Shown here: one piece after another, positions 13,940 through 28,900 of the stretch
Layout: every line of letters starts with the position of its first letter
Numbering within the stretch: the stretch's first letter is position 1
Origin: Tubiluchus corallicola
Taxonomy: Eukaryota; Animalia; Priapulida
NCBI GenBank assembly: GCA_030141605.1
Contig: JAQGDQ010000030.1
Span: 186,001-250,000, forward strand
Length of the DNA: 64,000 nucleotides
Direction: 5' to 3'
Translations under genes and position numbers: made by a program
The notes under the pieces: generated by a model
The model's database searches: none
Told to the model about the DNA's origin: nothing
The model's input: the letters and a program-made list of their open reading frames with translations, nothing else

Positions 13940-16900
13940 GTTTACCTAGTTTTATTTATTTATTTTTAGGTTTTTAGTTCGACTTTAATAAATAATTAAC
14001 AGACTGTGTAATGAATGAATCTATTAATTTTTTAGAGTCACTTTTTTCACTGTTTTTATTGTATATCTGTGATTGATAATTGCTTTAATATTCGTGTTGA
14101 AATGAAAAATCGTATTACATTCATAACAAAGTGTCTTTTAAAATCATTGTCAATGAACTTAGTTCATTTGCTCATGAAACTTGTGATAATTTTTCCCACT
14201 TGTTTTGCAAAACCGAAAGTTCTAGTACATAAGCTAACTAGCAGCTGAGTCATGTTTAGCTAACATCCTACTGTCATGGAAGCATTTCTTCATTTATATT
14301 GTTGGCTTGCAGAAGGCGAAATACCAAAAGGAGCTCACTATCTTGGTAGTGAAGTAAGGCATGAAGGAGAAGTGAAGCATACAGATTCCTACTACGCAGT
14401 ACCAGGCAGGGAAACAACAACTACAACGGTACACACGGCAAAGAGAAATGTCGAGGGAATTGGTCCCTTAGAACAAGAAACTGGTGTTCCCATAGTCCCA
14501 CGTGCCGTAAGTAGCCATGGCTTAAGACATACCTTCCAACCATTGTACGTTTGCTGTTTTGATTGACAGCACTTGATATAATTTATTTGGTGTAAGCTGT
14601 TCAAAATGTATTTTTGTAGCATAATATTAGCATAATGGAGGAACTTAAACTTCTTTAGCATTGACAGTGAAATTCTTTTACTCGACAAGGCACTATTAAG
14701 ATAATGTACACCCGTTTTAATGATGAAGTGAAATTTCTATCTCACTCTTATCCATTCTCATTTTTATGTGACGTAGACTCTTGCAATTTGCAAAAAATTC
14801 TGCTGGTGTTTTTGCTCTTCAGTCTTCCACATCTATTTAATGAAGTGCTTGCACTATACAGAGAAATAGAGACAAAGAGAATGCATTGCTGTTCCTGTAA
14901 GATTCCTGATATAACGTACTCATAGCTCTCATGTTTAGGGAAGGGACAAGAGCCTGATTTGCAGAATAAATTATGATTTAATACCTACATGAACATGTGG
15001 TATACCATGTTTCCAATATTCGTACTACCTTCTAGATGTATTTTGTTGAGTTACAATACTAGACTACTTTGTTTTTGTTTTAGTCTTTAGATGACAGAAA
15101 ACAACATGATTGGTACAAACAAATGTACAAATCCTTACACAGGTCTGATAAAAAGGGTGAGTACTTTATTACTTTGATATTGGTGCTTTTGCTGTAAAAG
15201 TATTGATTATTTTACATCAGTGTACCACCGCATCTTGCTTCAAAAATTTTTAAATTAATTTTAGATTTGGAATGTCAAAGAATTCTACTGAACTATGTTA
15301 ATTTACTGCATCTTAGTCCAAGTGTCTGTAAATTGAGATGCTTGTCAGAACTTGTAAGGCATGGTTGTTTTTACTGTGGATCTCGTAGCAGATTGCCCAT
15401 GTTTTACTTCGTGAATGATCATGATCTTACCATGAGATGTTTTCTCATTCAAACAGATAGATTGTCTTGCAGTGCACCTGATTGTTTTTTTGCAATGGCA
15501 GTTTGACCCAGTTCACGTTAGATGTGACTGATTTGTCTATACGTTATATAACAGTGATGGAATTTGTGCTAAGGCTTTCTGCATTCACTTCACAAAAACT
15601 AAAAAAAATCTCATCATAAGCTAAAACAGGAATAAACTCATGGTTTAAAATTTTTATACAAGCTTTGGCACTCTGCAAGCCAGGATAAAGCATTCATTTA
15701 AAGGATCTATTTGATGTAGATAGTTGCAGCAAGATTGGTACCTGCCTAACTGTAAAAAGTAATCTTAAGATGTGGCATTGAACCTGTCCTGGTGTCTTAA
15801 CCAAGTTCAGATGTGTAGCTACATCGTTTCTTAACAAGGTGAATTACTTGGGGCAGTATGGCAGATGAAACCACTCATAGTGCTTTGCCATGCATTTACT
15901 AACCATGTCTGATGCTGCTTAACTTTACACCTAGCTCACCAAGCTTTTTCCCATGCCACATCAGACAAGAGCACCATACAGGACCGAGCCCACAACCAGT
16001 TAAAATACTGGATTTATCAAGTTTAGTTTCTGGCGGCACCACACATGTCAGCATAAATTTGTTATCTTTTATTGTGATTTTGCACAAATTGGAAGGAACA
16101 GTACTATGTATGTTAGAAAGTAGAATTGTTTTCAGTCTAGCTTCATAGTGCATTGTTCAGTATGTAATTATTGCTTATTAATTAGTATTTTGAAGTCTGT
16201 TTTTGATGTGCATGTTTTCATTTCTAGAAGAAATTCAAAGCCGGGCGAATGAAATGCTTAGGGGAGTAAAAGGAATTAAAGGTTTGCATGCTGCTTTTTG
16301 TTTTATATTTTTTTGCATATTGTTCTTTCGTGTCAGTTTATTATGGCCTATTGTGTCACAATTCTCTACACATGGGCTACAGACATTGCATCGTTTATAG
16401 TGTGAAAAATTCAATGTGTGTGGCGTGATCCATTTCTACTTTTTTTTCAGTTTACTGTTAAAAATCCTTAGTTATTTGTTAACAGTCATAAAAAGACAGT
16501 GAACAATAGTGCTAATATATGCCTGACCATTTTAAGCAGCATTCATTAATGATGAAAAGTATCTGTCTGTCTCTGTCTTATTATGCAATTCTCAAATTAT
16601 TTCACTTATTTTATTTGATGACCTGCTTTGCATATTGTTTTAATAATGTGCATACTACTTTCATTGATTTGAGAAAGGTTGCTTGTTATTAATTTAACAA
16701 TATCCATCCAGTGTGTTTCAGAATGTTTGTTTAATTTTTGCTTACTAGATGAAGAACTAAGCACATACAGGCCTACCTACATCTTTCCTGAATCTAAAGA
16801 TGACAAAAAGCCACAAGGTATCATTGATAATTTACTTTTTTAGAGTTCATGATGTTTTGACTGCTATGCATGTTTGCTGCTCTAACACCCTGTGGAAAAG

Positions 16901-19900
16901 TCACCAAGACTTGTAAATTTTGTTGTCTGTTACTTAAATTCATCCACTCTGTAGTTATGGTTAAATGATTTGTGTCATTGCAGTAAGTGATTTAACTAAC
17001 CCTGTAATTCTGCATATTGTTGACTCATCTATGCACTCACAACTAACTTTCATGTGCAGTATTACTGCCGTTGCATAATTTCTATACATGTTGCTTTCTT
17101 TTCTTGTGTTGTTTTTCTCACTGATGTAATATTCTTTCTTGTGTTTGCGGTTCCGTTCTTTAGAAGTGAACACGTATCATCCAACTTACGTGTTTGCTGA
17201 GCTGGAATACATGTTACAAGGTATAATACTTTATTATAGCTGGGGCTATGCATGAGTTGTTCACAGAATGACTAACTTTAGAAATGAATTACATATTTTT
17301 GAAGACAATATGGTTTTTATTCTTTGTCCTCTGTGCACTGTTATTCATGACTCATTTAATAATATTGCAGACTGAAGCCCAGAAAAGCTTTTCTTATGGG
17401 TTTGAACCTGCAATGTTTCTCTAACTTAAGTGTTTCCATTTTATCGGCTTTTCAACTGTTGGAAACAGAAATTTTGATTATTTTTCCCCGAACTTAGGAT
17501 TTATCTTCAAGACAGTTTCTTGCATGCTGAAAACACATGAAAAGCACGTCCTTGCTTCTTTTTGTGAAAAACGTGATTAAATTCATGATGTTGGAATAAG
17601 GGCTAATTTTCCGAATATTATAAATTTATTAGCATGTATATTAAAAGCAAATTTCAGACTGTCAGAAAGCTAATTTTCAGAAATATCCATGTCACAAGCA
17701 TTACTGCTGAGTTGAGTTTGGGCTTTCTGTGAATTATAAGTATATGTGTATATAACATTATATATAATGTAATAAAAATTTATTTAATATTTTATTACAA
17801 AATTTCTTAAAGCTGGCCTTACTAGTATAAATATAACGTCAAGACACTAGAACTAAGTATAGACAGTGTCACATTCAGTGTCAATAATTATATTAATTTT
17901 AAGGAAGTTTTGCAAAACTGCAAAAAAGCAAGAGTACAGCATTTGTTTTAGTAATATTTGTACATCATGGATCGTACAGCCTGCTTGCTTTTCACTATTT
18001 TCTAGTTTCATTGTTGTGTTAGCTAGTGTTTAGTTTAACATTTTATGAAGTAAATTTTTTAATTTTGCTGCCCACCTCACAGAATAATGGTTTAAAATAT
18101 TTCTTGTAAGTTGGGTTCTTGTTCTATTAGCTTAAAGTGATTTTTTGAAGTTTTAGCTGCTCACTTCTTAAAATTCAGAAATATTTGAGTAGAAACGTCA
18201 TGCAAATTGTCATGAAATAGAAATATAATGCAGTCAGAATGTTTTTAAAACTTTGTTTTTGTAATTATTAAATAAAGTATTTATTTTTGCAGAAGCAGAA
18301 AGTGCTCCAAAAACCAGAGGTAAATCATTCTTGTTTTCTAGTTATATCAATTGTTTTCAGTGAGTTTAGTAATTATACGTTTTTATCAGGTAAAATAAGT
18401 AAAACGTCAATGAACTGTATACCATAGAACTAAACAACATTCTTAATTTATCATGTCATTGTTTCTCGAACAAAATCTTGTGCATTGGCAATTGCAGTTT
18501 CTTGATATATTAACTGCCATTTAAAGTGCTAAAAGTTAATTTATGTATAAACATTTCAGATGACTTAGAGTTGTCACGACGGCGACCGTGGTGGTCGTCT
18601 GCCGATGCCAAATACGACTCCGGCACTCGTTATCGTGTTCAACCCAGTCGAATAGAAGATTACGAGCCGGGAAAGTCGTCCATTGCTCGTACGGAGGCAA
18701 AGGTAAGAAATGACTAGTTGTTTAGCCTGGATTGGTAACTGTCTGTTTCATAAACATAGGTTTGGCCCAGTTTTATTTTTTTGTATTTCTGTTTCTGTTC
18801 CAGTGATATTCCCCCCCCCCCATTTTTCAGCTGACCATTGTAAAGTTAGTCTGATAAAATAAAAATAACAGTATGTGGTAGTAACTTAAGCAATTGATAT
18901 TTAATATTGTACTAATGTAGATGTCTCACTGAATTTTGATCAAATATGATATTGAAGTTTTTCACAAAGTTGCTGCTTTATCCTTCAAGCAACGACACAT
19001 AATGGCACTAACCCTTTTCAGAAAATGTAGGAAAAGAAAATTTTTCAAGTATTGTATTATGTCTAGAGTTTATTTGCTCATTTTATGTGCAGTTTGGAAT
19101 TTTATCTAATGGCAATAACACTGACTGTAGTAACTAAGCTTTGTTCGCAGCTGCTTTATTAACAAAACATGTATGTGTTTTTTGTGCAGGCTGACAGAAT
19201 GGACTCGGAGGTTTGAATCATAATTTTCGCTAAGAGTTTGATGCATGTTACGCTACAGTTCTATAAACTTATGTTAAGAATTTTTACTATAATTCCTTTA
19301 TTTAAATGCAGCTGCATGTTAATAATTACATTATCATTGCATGCAGAGACTCTATGTGTAGTGTACAAATTGACAAAATTTCTGAAATCACTGATCTGCA
19401 ATGTTGAATTTCAAAGGCGAAAGAATGGGTTCCATTAAATTACCTTTTTTTTCAATCACTACTGGTTTTTGCTGTTTGGTTTTCTGAAAACGTTAAGCTA
19501 ATCTACTACAGCGGCTGCAAAACCGCCGTTGAGTAGGGAGACTAGAATTCTGCCATTTGTGTCACTTTGGAATAACTATGCTATCTTCCTAACACCTCGG
19601 CAAGTTTTAATAGACTAGGAAACCGCTGCTTTTAGGTTTATTTAATTATTTTCTAGGCAAAGCTTTAACTTGAACAGAGTGTTAGGTTTAGTCATTTGTT
19701 TTTGCTAGTTTAGCACATAAACATGATTTCACAAGGCACACTGCAAGTTTTTCTCAACTAAAAAAAGTTGGATTTCGTCTTTTAGGGTAATCTGAGATTA
19801 CTAGTTATTTAGCAGGCAGATTTTCCTGAACAAAAACTGTGGTTCTTATCATTTACCAGTATTATGCAGGAATCACTGTGCTAACTTCATAGTCTGATAG

Positions 19901-22900
19901 TACAGCTGTAAAAGTTGCCTTACAAAGTTTACATTGTAAATGTTAACTATAAACAGCTAGACTTTCATTGTGTGCAGGCTGTGTTTTATGTTAACATAAT
20001 CTTTTGCATATGTACTTTTGTTTACCTCTTACTTTATTTCCTTTTCATTGTATCATCTGGGGCATGTTATCTATAATGTCTTATTTTTAGCATTGTCACA
20101 ACGGCTTTGATGCTTGTATCTGCACGTGAAGCCAATGGCTAATGCACAGTATTTTGTAATTAACATTTTGTTGAATAAATAATTCATGGTCTGTTCAATT
20201 ATTCATCCCATATTCTATCTCAACTAATTGGGCTGACTGTTTCGAGACAGCTTGTGCATGCCAATGGTGTGCTTTGTGTGATATGGTGTGATACTTGCAA
20301 TTCAGATTACTGAGCCAAGCATCTGCTATTATAGTTATTACACAGCTTCACAAGAACTTACAAGATAAATTGGCAATCTAAAATCTGCTTATTAATCTGT
20401 TTTTACTGATCTGTGAAATCTTTCGATACTGTCATTGGCCACAAAATGTGTATTCTCTGTTTTATATATATCATATTTTGTTGCGATAGTAATTTACTTT
20501 TGCAAGAGTTTCAGTGTCGCATCTGAACTTGCATAATGTCTTGTTCAGACCTTTTTTCAGGACCATTACATGCCGTGACAGACAAGTTTTTTTCTAAATT
20601 TTACTGAAATTAAGATCTTTGATCTTTAAAAACTAAAATGAAAATGGTTTTTTGTTTCAGGTCGGTCGACCTAGTGCACCCGTGCCTACAAGATAGTAAG
20701 TTTCTTTTTCACTTTCTTCTTTTCCATACATGCTTTTTGGGTGAGACCTGAGGAATTCTTGCGACTGTTACTTTTGCCAATTTGCCCTGCTCACTGACCA
20801 TACGAAATGTCATACTAAGAAGACAGTTATTTTGCAGTTATAATAATGATAATAACTTGAAACTTTTGTTTGTTGGACACTTTGCCTACAGTTTGCTCAG
20901 TTGCCTGCCAAGCTCTCAAATTTTACAAGCAGCCGTGTAATTAATGGACACGAATGTGACACATTTTAAATTAACAGAAATTGTTAGAAACAACTCTGCT
21001 TTCTGTTAAGAACTTTTTGGAGGTTTAAAGGGCTTTGAGTATTTAGCAATTTTTCTAGACATTTATATACAGTGAATTGTTTATTGGTTAGTAGTGACTT
21101 TCCTTAATTGATTGTTTTAACCTTTGTTTGTATTAACTAAATGCTTTGCATTTATCTGTTTTAGCTCGACCGTGCCAACACGTAGTCGCGGACGTGGTTA
21201 TGAAACTGATACAGAACATGAGATAATAAAAAGAAAAGTCAAACGGGAAGTGAATCCGGATGTTGTACGAGACTGGTACAATGAGATCCAGAGAGGAGGT
21301 GATGTGCCTTACAGTGGCCTGCAGAAAGATCCTAAAGATTCAAGTAAGCATTCCAGTAGATATAGATTCTTCACAAGAAATCACATGTAATGGAAACTGG
21401 ACCATTTTTTTTATTTTGAAAATGTTTTTTATCTGAACTTTGTAGTGTTTTTCTTGAAGACCTACTTTTCTAGTTGTATGTTATTTCTTGTGAAACTCAA
21501 TATAACTGCTTTTTCACTTGTGGAAAAGCGTTTTGAAAAGAATTATCATTACCTGAAAGAAGAGTAATGTTAAGTTTCTCTTAGCAGTCGCAAGTTTCCA
21601 GTTAACATGTTGTCGTCGTTTTGAAGTTATTTTTTAAACCAATCAATTTTATGAACTTTTACAAAAATATTTGTTGCTGCACAAATATCTATGAATACAG
21701 TGTTTTGTGTTTATATTAACAAATTGGGTTTTTCAACTGTAGGGCTTTCTAACCTTTAAACAGCTGTTTTCTCTTGTGGTCAATAGTGCTAAGTAACTAA
21801 CAATCTTATATCCACTAAACACTATGGACACTAGTTTAAAAATTGACCAAATGCAAAATGTTGCAAATGTCACTTTTTGTTTGATAAGTAATGTGTGTGC
21901 AAGTCTTAAAACTGGGCCATTAGCAGGTGACGATAAATTGAAAAATTGCATTTTTGATGGGCACGTTGTGAATTTATGCCTAACAACAATTAACCTTTTG
22001 AAAAATTTTAACAGTTACAAATTACAGATGGAAACTTTGTTCTTGCTAAAAAATTAATACCCATTTCATATCTTCTGAGCTCTCAGCGGCTTTAAAAAAT
22101 TATCTTTGTGCAATATTAAAACTGTTTTATGTATAGGCAAAAAATATTACTGCGTGAAGCAAGTATGATTAGTTGTTGAAAAAAATAAGCATATATATAT
22201 ATATATATGAGTTTTGGTAAGTTCAAAACAAAAAAACTAGTGCATATAAATTCCAAAACAAAAACATGAGGAAGAAAAATAGTAACTTGCATAAAACAAA
22301 AATTGTACAATTTGAAGTTATGAACACGAATTGTATCATAAGTATAAGGCATTTGGATCATACGTTCACAAAAAAGTTCCCAGGTTAGTTCTAAATACAT
22401 CAGTTACAAAGTACAAAGTGTATTAAGAACAAGTTTACTTTTTTTTAAAGAAAGTTTGTACATTTGTAAAATGGTATTTCTTTGTTTATAACTGCGCGTG
22501 TTTGGTTTATAACTATTGTATTATATTACACCATGAAGAGATCTTTAGGGATGTTGAATTATTCTCCTCTTTGCACGATTGGTCGTGGTGTTCGTGGTAT
22601 TCGGTGGAGCTTCTATTAGGCTGGTCATATTTTAACTTTTTACTTGCGCATTAAACTGCAAAGTTGCATGTCATGAATGCTGTGTCATCAGCCAGTGTTT
22701 TAAAGTTATTTGCTGTTTTGTTTGGCACGTAAGTTATTTTTCATTTTACTTTGCCTTCCTTACTATACAGTTGAAATTTTATTAGAAGTAGCGTTTAGAA
22801 ACTTCTTTGGTTTCTGCAGTTCTCTCTGCATTTTTGCATTGCATGATTGCACAATGTACTTTTGCTGGTTCTTTTTTTAGTTTGTACCTTGTTTATTTTC

Positions 22901-25900
22901 CATTTTCTTTGGTGAGCTGTTTTTAATGGTTTAAGCCTTCCTAAAGATGCTGCGTAGTAATTTATGTGCTGCTTAAAATGTCTTAGTGAAAAGTTTCACA
23001 GGCTGTAAATGTTAATTTACATTTTTGACTTATTTTCAGTTATGCCTTGCATGACATTCTAATTTGTTCTTTTAAATTTGTTTTCCAGGCACAACTAACG
23101 GAACTAACCAGTCAAATAGTTTGCTTACTAATACCACTAACACTGTGCCTAACATTACCATCACTGATTACTCTCAGGAAAGTGAACTAGATCGTAATTA
23201 CAGTGCAAGTAACAGACACTGCGGGGTCATTTATGAAGACTCCAGTTGCTATAGTGACAGTGACAACAGTGGTTACGACGAAACACATGATATGCGAAAG
23301 TCGAGGAAGAAAAAGAAAATGTACACTTGCCACCCACAGAAGGTTTTTATGTTTAGTAGGAAGTTTAGCCGTTCTGGTGATAGGTCTGGTGTATACAACG
23401 TCAGCGTCAATGAAGCTGAATTTATAAAAGAGTTAGTTAACAAAAGCGAACCATTCATGAGCCCTCGAAGCCGGTTCAATATTACAAACAACCCTTGGTT
23501 TGATGAGATAGACGGATTTCTCAAAGTGCAAGAAATGACAGATGACTTCGACAGTATTTCCTCAAGTGATTTTTGCTATGAAGAAGACCTGTGTGAATCA
23601 ATAAATAATGATTCACCATCCACTGACGATAATCAGGAAAATTGTGAAAATCAACATGTGAATACCAGTGTCAGTCAAACTAGTTCATTACCTAGGCACT
23701 GGGCAACATCTGCAAATGATAAAATTGATGAGAGTGTGAGAATTGAACCATGTTTTTCAAACCACAAAATTGAAGTCAGAAAATTTGCTCAAAAAGCTAG
23801 AGTGCCCAAATATTTACGATATAACTGGCCAACAGGTTCAGAAAAAAATGGCAGCAAGTTACAAATGAACTGTAATGCCACAGCCAGGCCTACAGCAAAA
23901 AATCAACCCAGAGTTGAAAATTCCTTTAAAACTGAGTTATCAAGTAGCGGCACTATTACTAGAAAAAGACATGGCGAATCACAAGAAAAGGTTACTAACA
24001 AAGTTAGTTGTCACTCCACGGCCAGTTTTGACAAGTGCGAAAGCGAGAATTCCCTCCAACCTGCCTATGTTAACGTAAACCCCATTCCAAAACCAAAACG
24101 GCAGATTGTCAAAGTTGAACTCATACGGTCTGTAAAGAAGCCAAAGTACCGTCACTGTTACAGCGCTCCAGAAGAAACTAATAGCAACAATTCGGAAAGC
24201 GATAGATCGATGGCTCTTAGCCTTCCTGAAAAAAATGTTCGAATAACTGACGATGTGAAGGTTGTTTGGCCAGTAAGACAAAGGTATGTATTTCGACGTC
24301 GCCCTAGGTCTCCAGCAAAAGTTTTACTGCCCTTATTTTTAGCAAAAAAACAGTCTGATGACAGCCTCTCTATCTCCTCGTCCAATTATCTTTCTGATTC
24401 ATCTACTGTAGTGCCATCACATAGTAGCTTGACTTCAACAGACAATGAAAACAGTAGCGAATGTGAACAGGAACCATGGCCAGTTAGAGGTAGAAAACAT
24501 TATGAACAAAATAATCCTTATACGTGGGGCGATTCTGTTTCTGGCAGTCGGTTTGTTGACGTCACAGCACCAAGTCAATTGCTGCTCGATGCCACAAATA
24601 TGGACAAGGAAAAATCTCGTCGTTTGAGATTAGAATATTATTTTCGCGTTTTAGACAGAATAAAAGAAATTGAAGTGTACTTCAATGAAGACTTGAATAG
24701 GAAACGGCACAGCATTGCATTCTGGAAGGAGTTCCTTGCTGGTAACCAACATTCTGCTGTAAAGAGATCTGTCCTTCAGGAACTGTTGAGCCTTTATGCT
24801 GTACTCGCAAAGGCAAAGTCAAATGGTGAATTTTACTGTGATTTCAGTCAGATTGTTCACACTCAGTGGCGTAGTAAGCAGAAGCAGGTTGCACGACGAA
24901 GATCATTTGATGATTTAGTACTAGAAGAGCCACATTCTAATTTGCAAACAAATACTTGTTTGTGCTTAAATGAATCTACTGGCGAAGTGGTGAAAACAAA
25001 AGATGAGAAGTCATTAAAGTATGGTCTAGACGACCAGGATGAGTTACACAGCCACAATAGAAATGGGAATAGCAATGGAACTTCAAGCACCAAGTATGCC
25101 GCAGTAGAGCTAACAAGAAATGCTTTTGGGTTTATTGATGAAATGACAATTGATGAACAAGTAATAACGGATTGCAGTAGTGAAATTAATGACGATAAGA
25201 GTGTTAGTACTGACACTACCATAATAGAGCATGTTAATGTTTCTGGGAACTCTGTTGATGTTAGTGAAAATCAGGTTTCTTATTGTCCCAAATACAAATG
25301 TGTGAATGTCAACAGAACTTCAGAAATCAACAAATGTGCAGAATATTTTATGTTACGTGATTCTGTGAGTACTAAGAGTAATGAGATTTTGCAGGATGTA
25401 AAACGTAAGGTTGAAATCAAGGAAAATAATGACCCACTTCATCCGCAGTCAAGTCATCTAGTTGTCCATGTTACGTTTAGAAAGTCGCCTGCTATTGTGG
25501 AGCCCTTGATAAGTACAACTCGTATTGTAGAAGCTAAACCAGTGAATAAAGTCAAAGATCACTACCAATATCAGTTATCGAAAAGATTGTCTTTTTCGGA
25601 ACCCAACTTGAGTTCTTCAGCTTCGGACGTAACTTCTGATGGCACTGGGAGCTTGAGCATTTTGAAACATCTGGGTTTAATCAATTCACATGCTGACCTT
25701 TCAGATAGCAGTACGGATTTGGGAACAGGTGAGAGATTCCAGTACATTCCTAATCTATTTGATGGAAAAAAGTCATTTTTCGATGGGAACCAAATTACTG
25801 GAGCATCTAGTGATACATCAGTATGCAATCTTTCCTCTGATTCAACTTTCAAATCGAGTCTCGAAGAGATCTTTCGTTCTGAACCGGACTTGTCTCAGCG

Positions 25901-28900
25901 AGCAAAGTATACGACTGTTATCTTAGGTAAGAGGAATGACCGGCATGGTCCTCCTGCGCTCTCCATACCGTCCACATTTCTAGAGACAAAATTCTGAACG
26001 AAGTATTGAAACATATTTTTACACAAAATGATGATTTTTTATACTTGTTACAGCATTTAATTTTTTTATCTAGCAATTACAAGTGGTTTTCTAACACACG
26101 TTAGAAATATTTATTTTGTATAACTTATTTTTAACTAGAAATGCTCATTTTATAGATAATGGACTATATCTTTGTGTTTAATCTTTGTACCTTGAGGATT
26201 CCAGCCATATTTTCAATGCTGTGCCATTGTTAATGCCATAACATTAATACTAGTCTACTATTTTATTTTACACCTATATCTCTAGTCAATTATTTTTGTG
26301 ATATGGTGGAGCATGCAAGGTTTTGTTTACTTTAATATTTGGTGCTAGTCTACCACATTTTGTATATTACAATATTATAGATAACTGTGGACCAATGTGT
26401 GCACAATAGAATGTTTTGTAATGAGAAATTACTAAACAACATTTATATTTCTCACATCAGTAGAAAACAGCTCTGATTTATTTTGTCTTGTTGCGTGCAA
26501 ATTTTATTGTCACTTCAGTAATAAACTCCAAAAAAATTATTTGTATTTACCTTTAATAAAAGTAATTTGCTAGATTTTGTAAATTTAAAAATACGTTATT
26601 AGATTTCTTGCTTGTGTAAATTTTTGGATAAATGGAAACATCTTTTTTTCCTAATGATAACATGTTTCCGTGCAGTGTTAATATAAAGACGTTAAACTAT
26701 GGATGTAATTGTCTGAACTTGTAAGTTGGATTTGCATTATAAGGAAAATTTCACTCTTGCCATCAACTGTTTATTTCATAAAAATTGAATTTGTAGATAT
26801 ATAATATTTATATTGTTTTGCATTACCTTTACAGTGAAAACTAGTTTAACTGTTTTGTAATATTACTGTAACTGCTAATTGTACATTATTCTTTCCACTG
26901 TTGCTCAAGTCCGGTAAAATAAAATGTGTTTTACTTTTTAACATTTTGTATTCTGCTCATTATTTATGTTTTTGTCGTCTTTGGTACTTTCTCAAAGTAA
27001 CTTGCATGTCCATCACTGCCATCTGATTGCTGATTAGAAAACTTTTGTAGCTTTGATTTCATCATTACTTATTTTTAGTGTTCAAATGTAGAAAATGTCT
27101 GGGCATACTTTATTGTCCTTCCAGTTAATGATCAACTGTTCGACTTTCTGCAAAACCTGTTGCTCATTTAAAATTGGTAATAGTTTCAGCTTTAAGCAAT
27201 CAACATTAGTTGACAAAACATTTTCTCTAATCTTGGTCATTTTTTGCCTTTTCTCGTGCCAAAGAACAAAACATAAGTGACATATACAAACACTAAACAT
27301 AAATGTTGCAGCATATGTCTAAGATGCAGTTTCCCTGATTTCCATTGCATTTACTGTGTATTGGTTAACTAAGCGGTGTGGTCTGTCTTGCCAAAAAGCT
27401 AACGCTTTCTTCATCGTGCTTGGATGTTTAAACCCTTATAATTTGAACTGAAATTGCTTTTGTCTTACCTCTGATCTAAGTATAGGAGTCAATTAAGAAA
27501 ACTGTGAGAATAACGCATTGTAGTATTAATAAATCATGATAGTATAGCAGTGTGCCATGTGGGCAATGGTTTAACTAATTTGCGTGAATGAACGTAAGTA
27601 CTGTTTACTAATAGCTAACATCTTTAGTTTGCATGTATGCTTTACTGTTTAATACGTTTATGTTAACTTGTTACTTTTAATTATTTGTGATTGTGTTTTC
27701 TTGTATTTTATTATTTTTATTTTGTTGGCATAAAAATTATTTAACAAGTGCTTCCTTATTTTATAATAAGATAAAGTAGTATCAATTGCTAAGATAAAAT
27801 AAAAATAATAGGAGTTAGACAAGTAATAACGTGAAAATAAGATAGTGCTTTTCTGAGACTTGTGATGGTCGTAATCATAAAGAAGACAACGTGTCCTTTA
27901 AATCTCAAAAACTTTTATTTTTCCAGAAACTTTTGTCCTTCGCTGACTTTGTCAGCTGAAATTTCTTGTATGAATTAGATCTTGGCTGTAGGCCATACAA
28001 GGCCTATATAGAGTCATACAAGGAGTTTCAACTGACGAAGTCTGTGAAATATGAAAGCTTCCGGAAAAATAAGTTTTTGAGATTTAAAGAGCATGTTGTC
28101 TTCTTTATGATTATAGACAAATAATAACTTAAATTAGACATTTTTTCGTACTAGAGATAATAAAATCTTTATGTACTTAATTTAGAAAAAACATTACTCA
28201 GCAAATGCATAAAACAGCTACTGTGGTCCAAGCATAAAAGAGCTAGGCTAAGTCAGTGGAGTAAAAAAACACTACCATTACATAATTACTGTACTTAATT
28301 TACATAGATAGTTTCTGTATTACCTATTTATGATCTGATATAAATACTGACAAAATCTTGCTGGTGCTGATTTTTATATATGCAAAAGATAACCAAGCAC
28401 CTACAGCAGCAATTTCCACTATCCAGTGAACTATTTTAATTATATACGTATATACACTTGCAATTACTTTGGACAAATTTTAAGCTCACTGTTAGATTCA
28501 CGTTTATTTCACTTGTTCTTTTTAATCGTAAGTGTGTCACCTGTTTAACATTCTCGGGTTGGTAGCATCTGACATTTGCATGAATTCACTTACTGCATGA
28601 TTTTTGTTTAATCAGAAAATACTTTGCAGCATTCTCATTCATTGCACAGATGAACATTGAATGTGCTTGTCTTTGTTGGTTGAAGTTGTATTTGTGTTCG
28701 TTCGTCCTTTTGGCCACTTTAATCTTTTCTTATCCTGTAGCAATTAACGTCCACGTTAGTTTGACCTGACCAGCTCGACTTTTTGTAAGTTATTCTCACT
28801 TTGTGCAAACAGTTCAGAATCAGTGGGAGCAATGACAGATTCGTTGAACCTGAGATCCTGAAATTTAGCAGGTCCTCAAACCCAAGAATATAAAAACTAT

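Noticed and set aside
23121-25997. Independent intronless gene or transposon ORF
   Set aside because: No transposase/RT motifs, TTG 'start', and an in-frame phase-matched acceptor at 23089 argue for an exon of the host gene.
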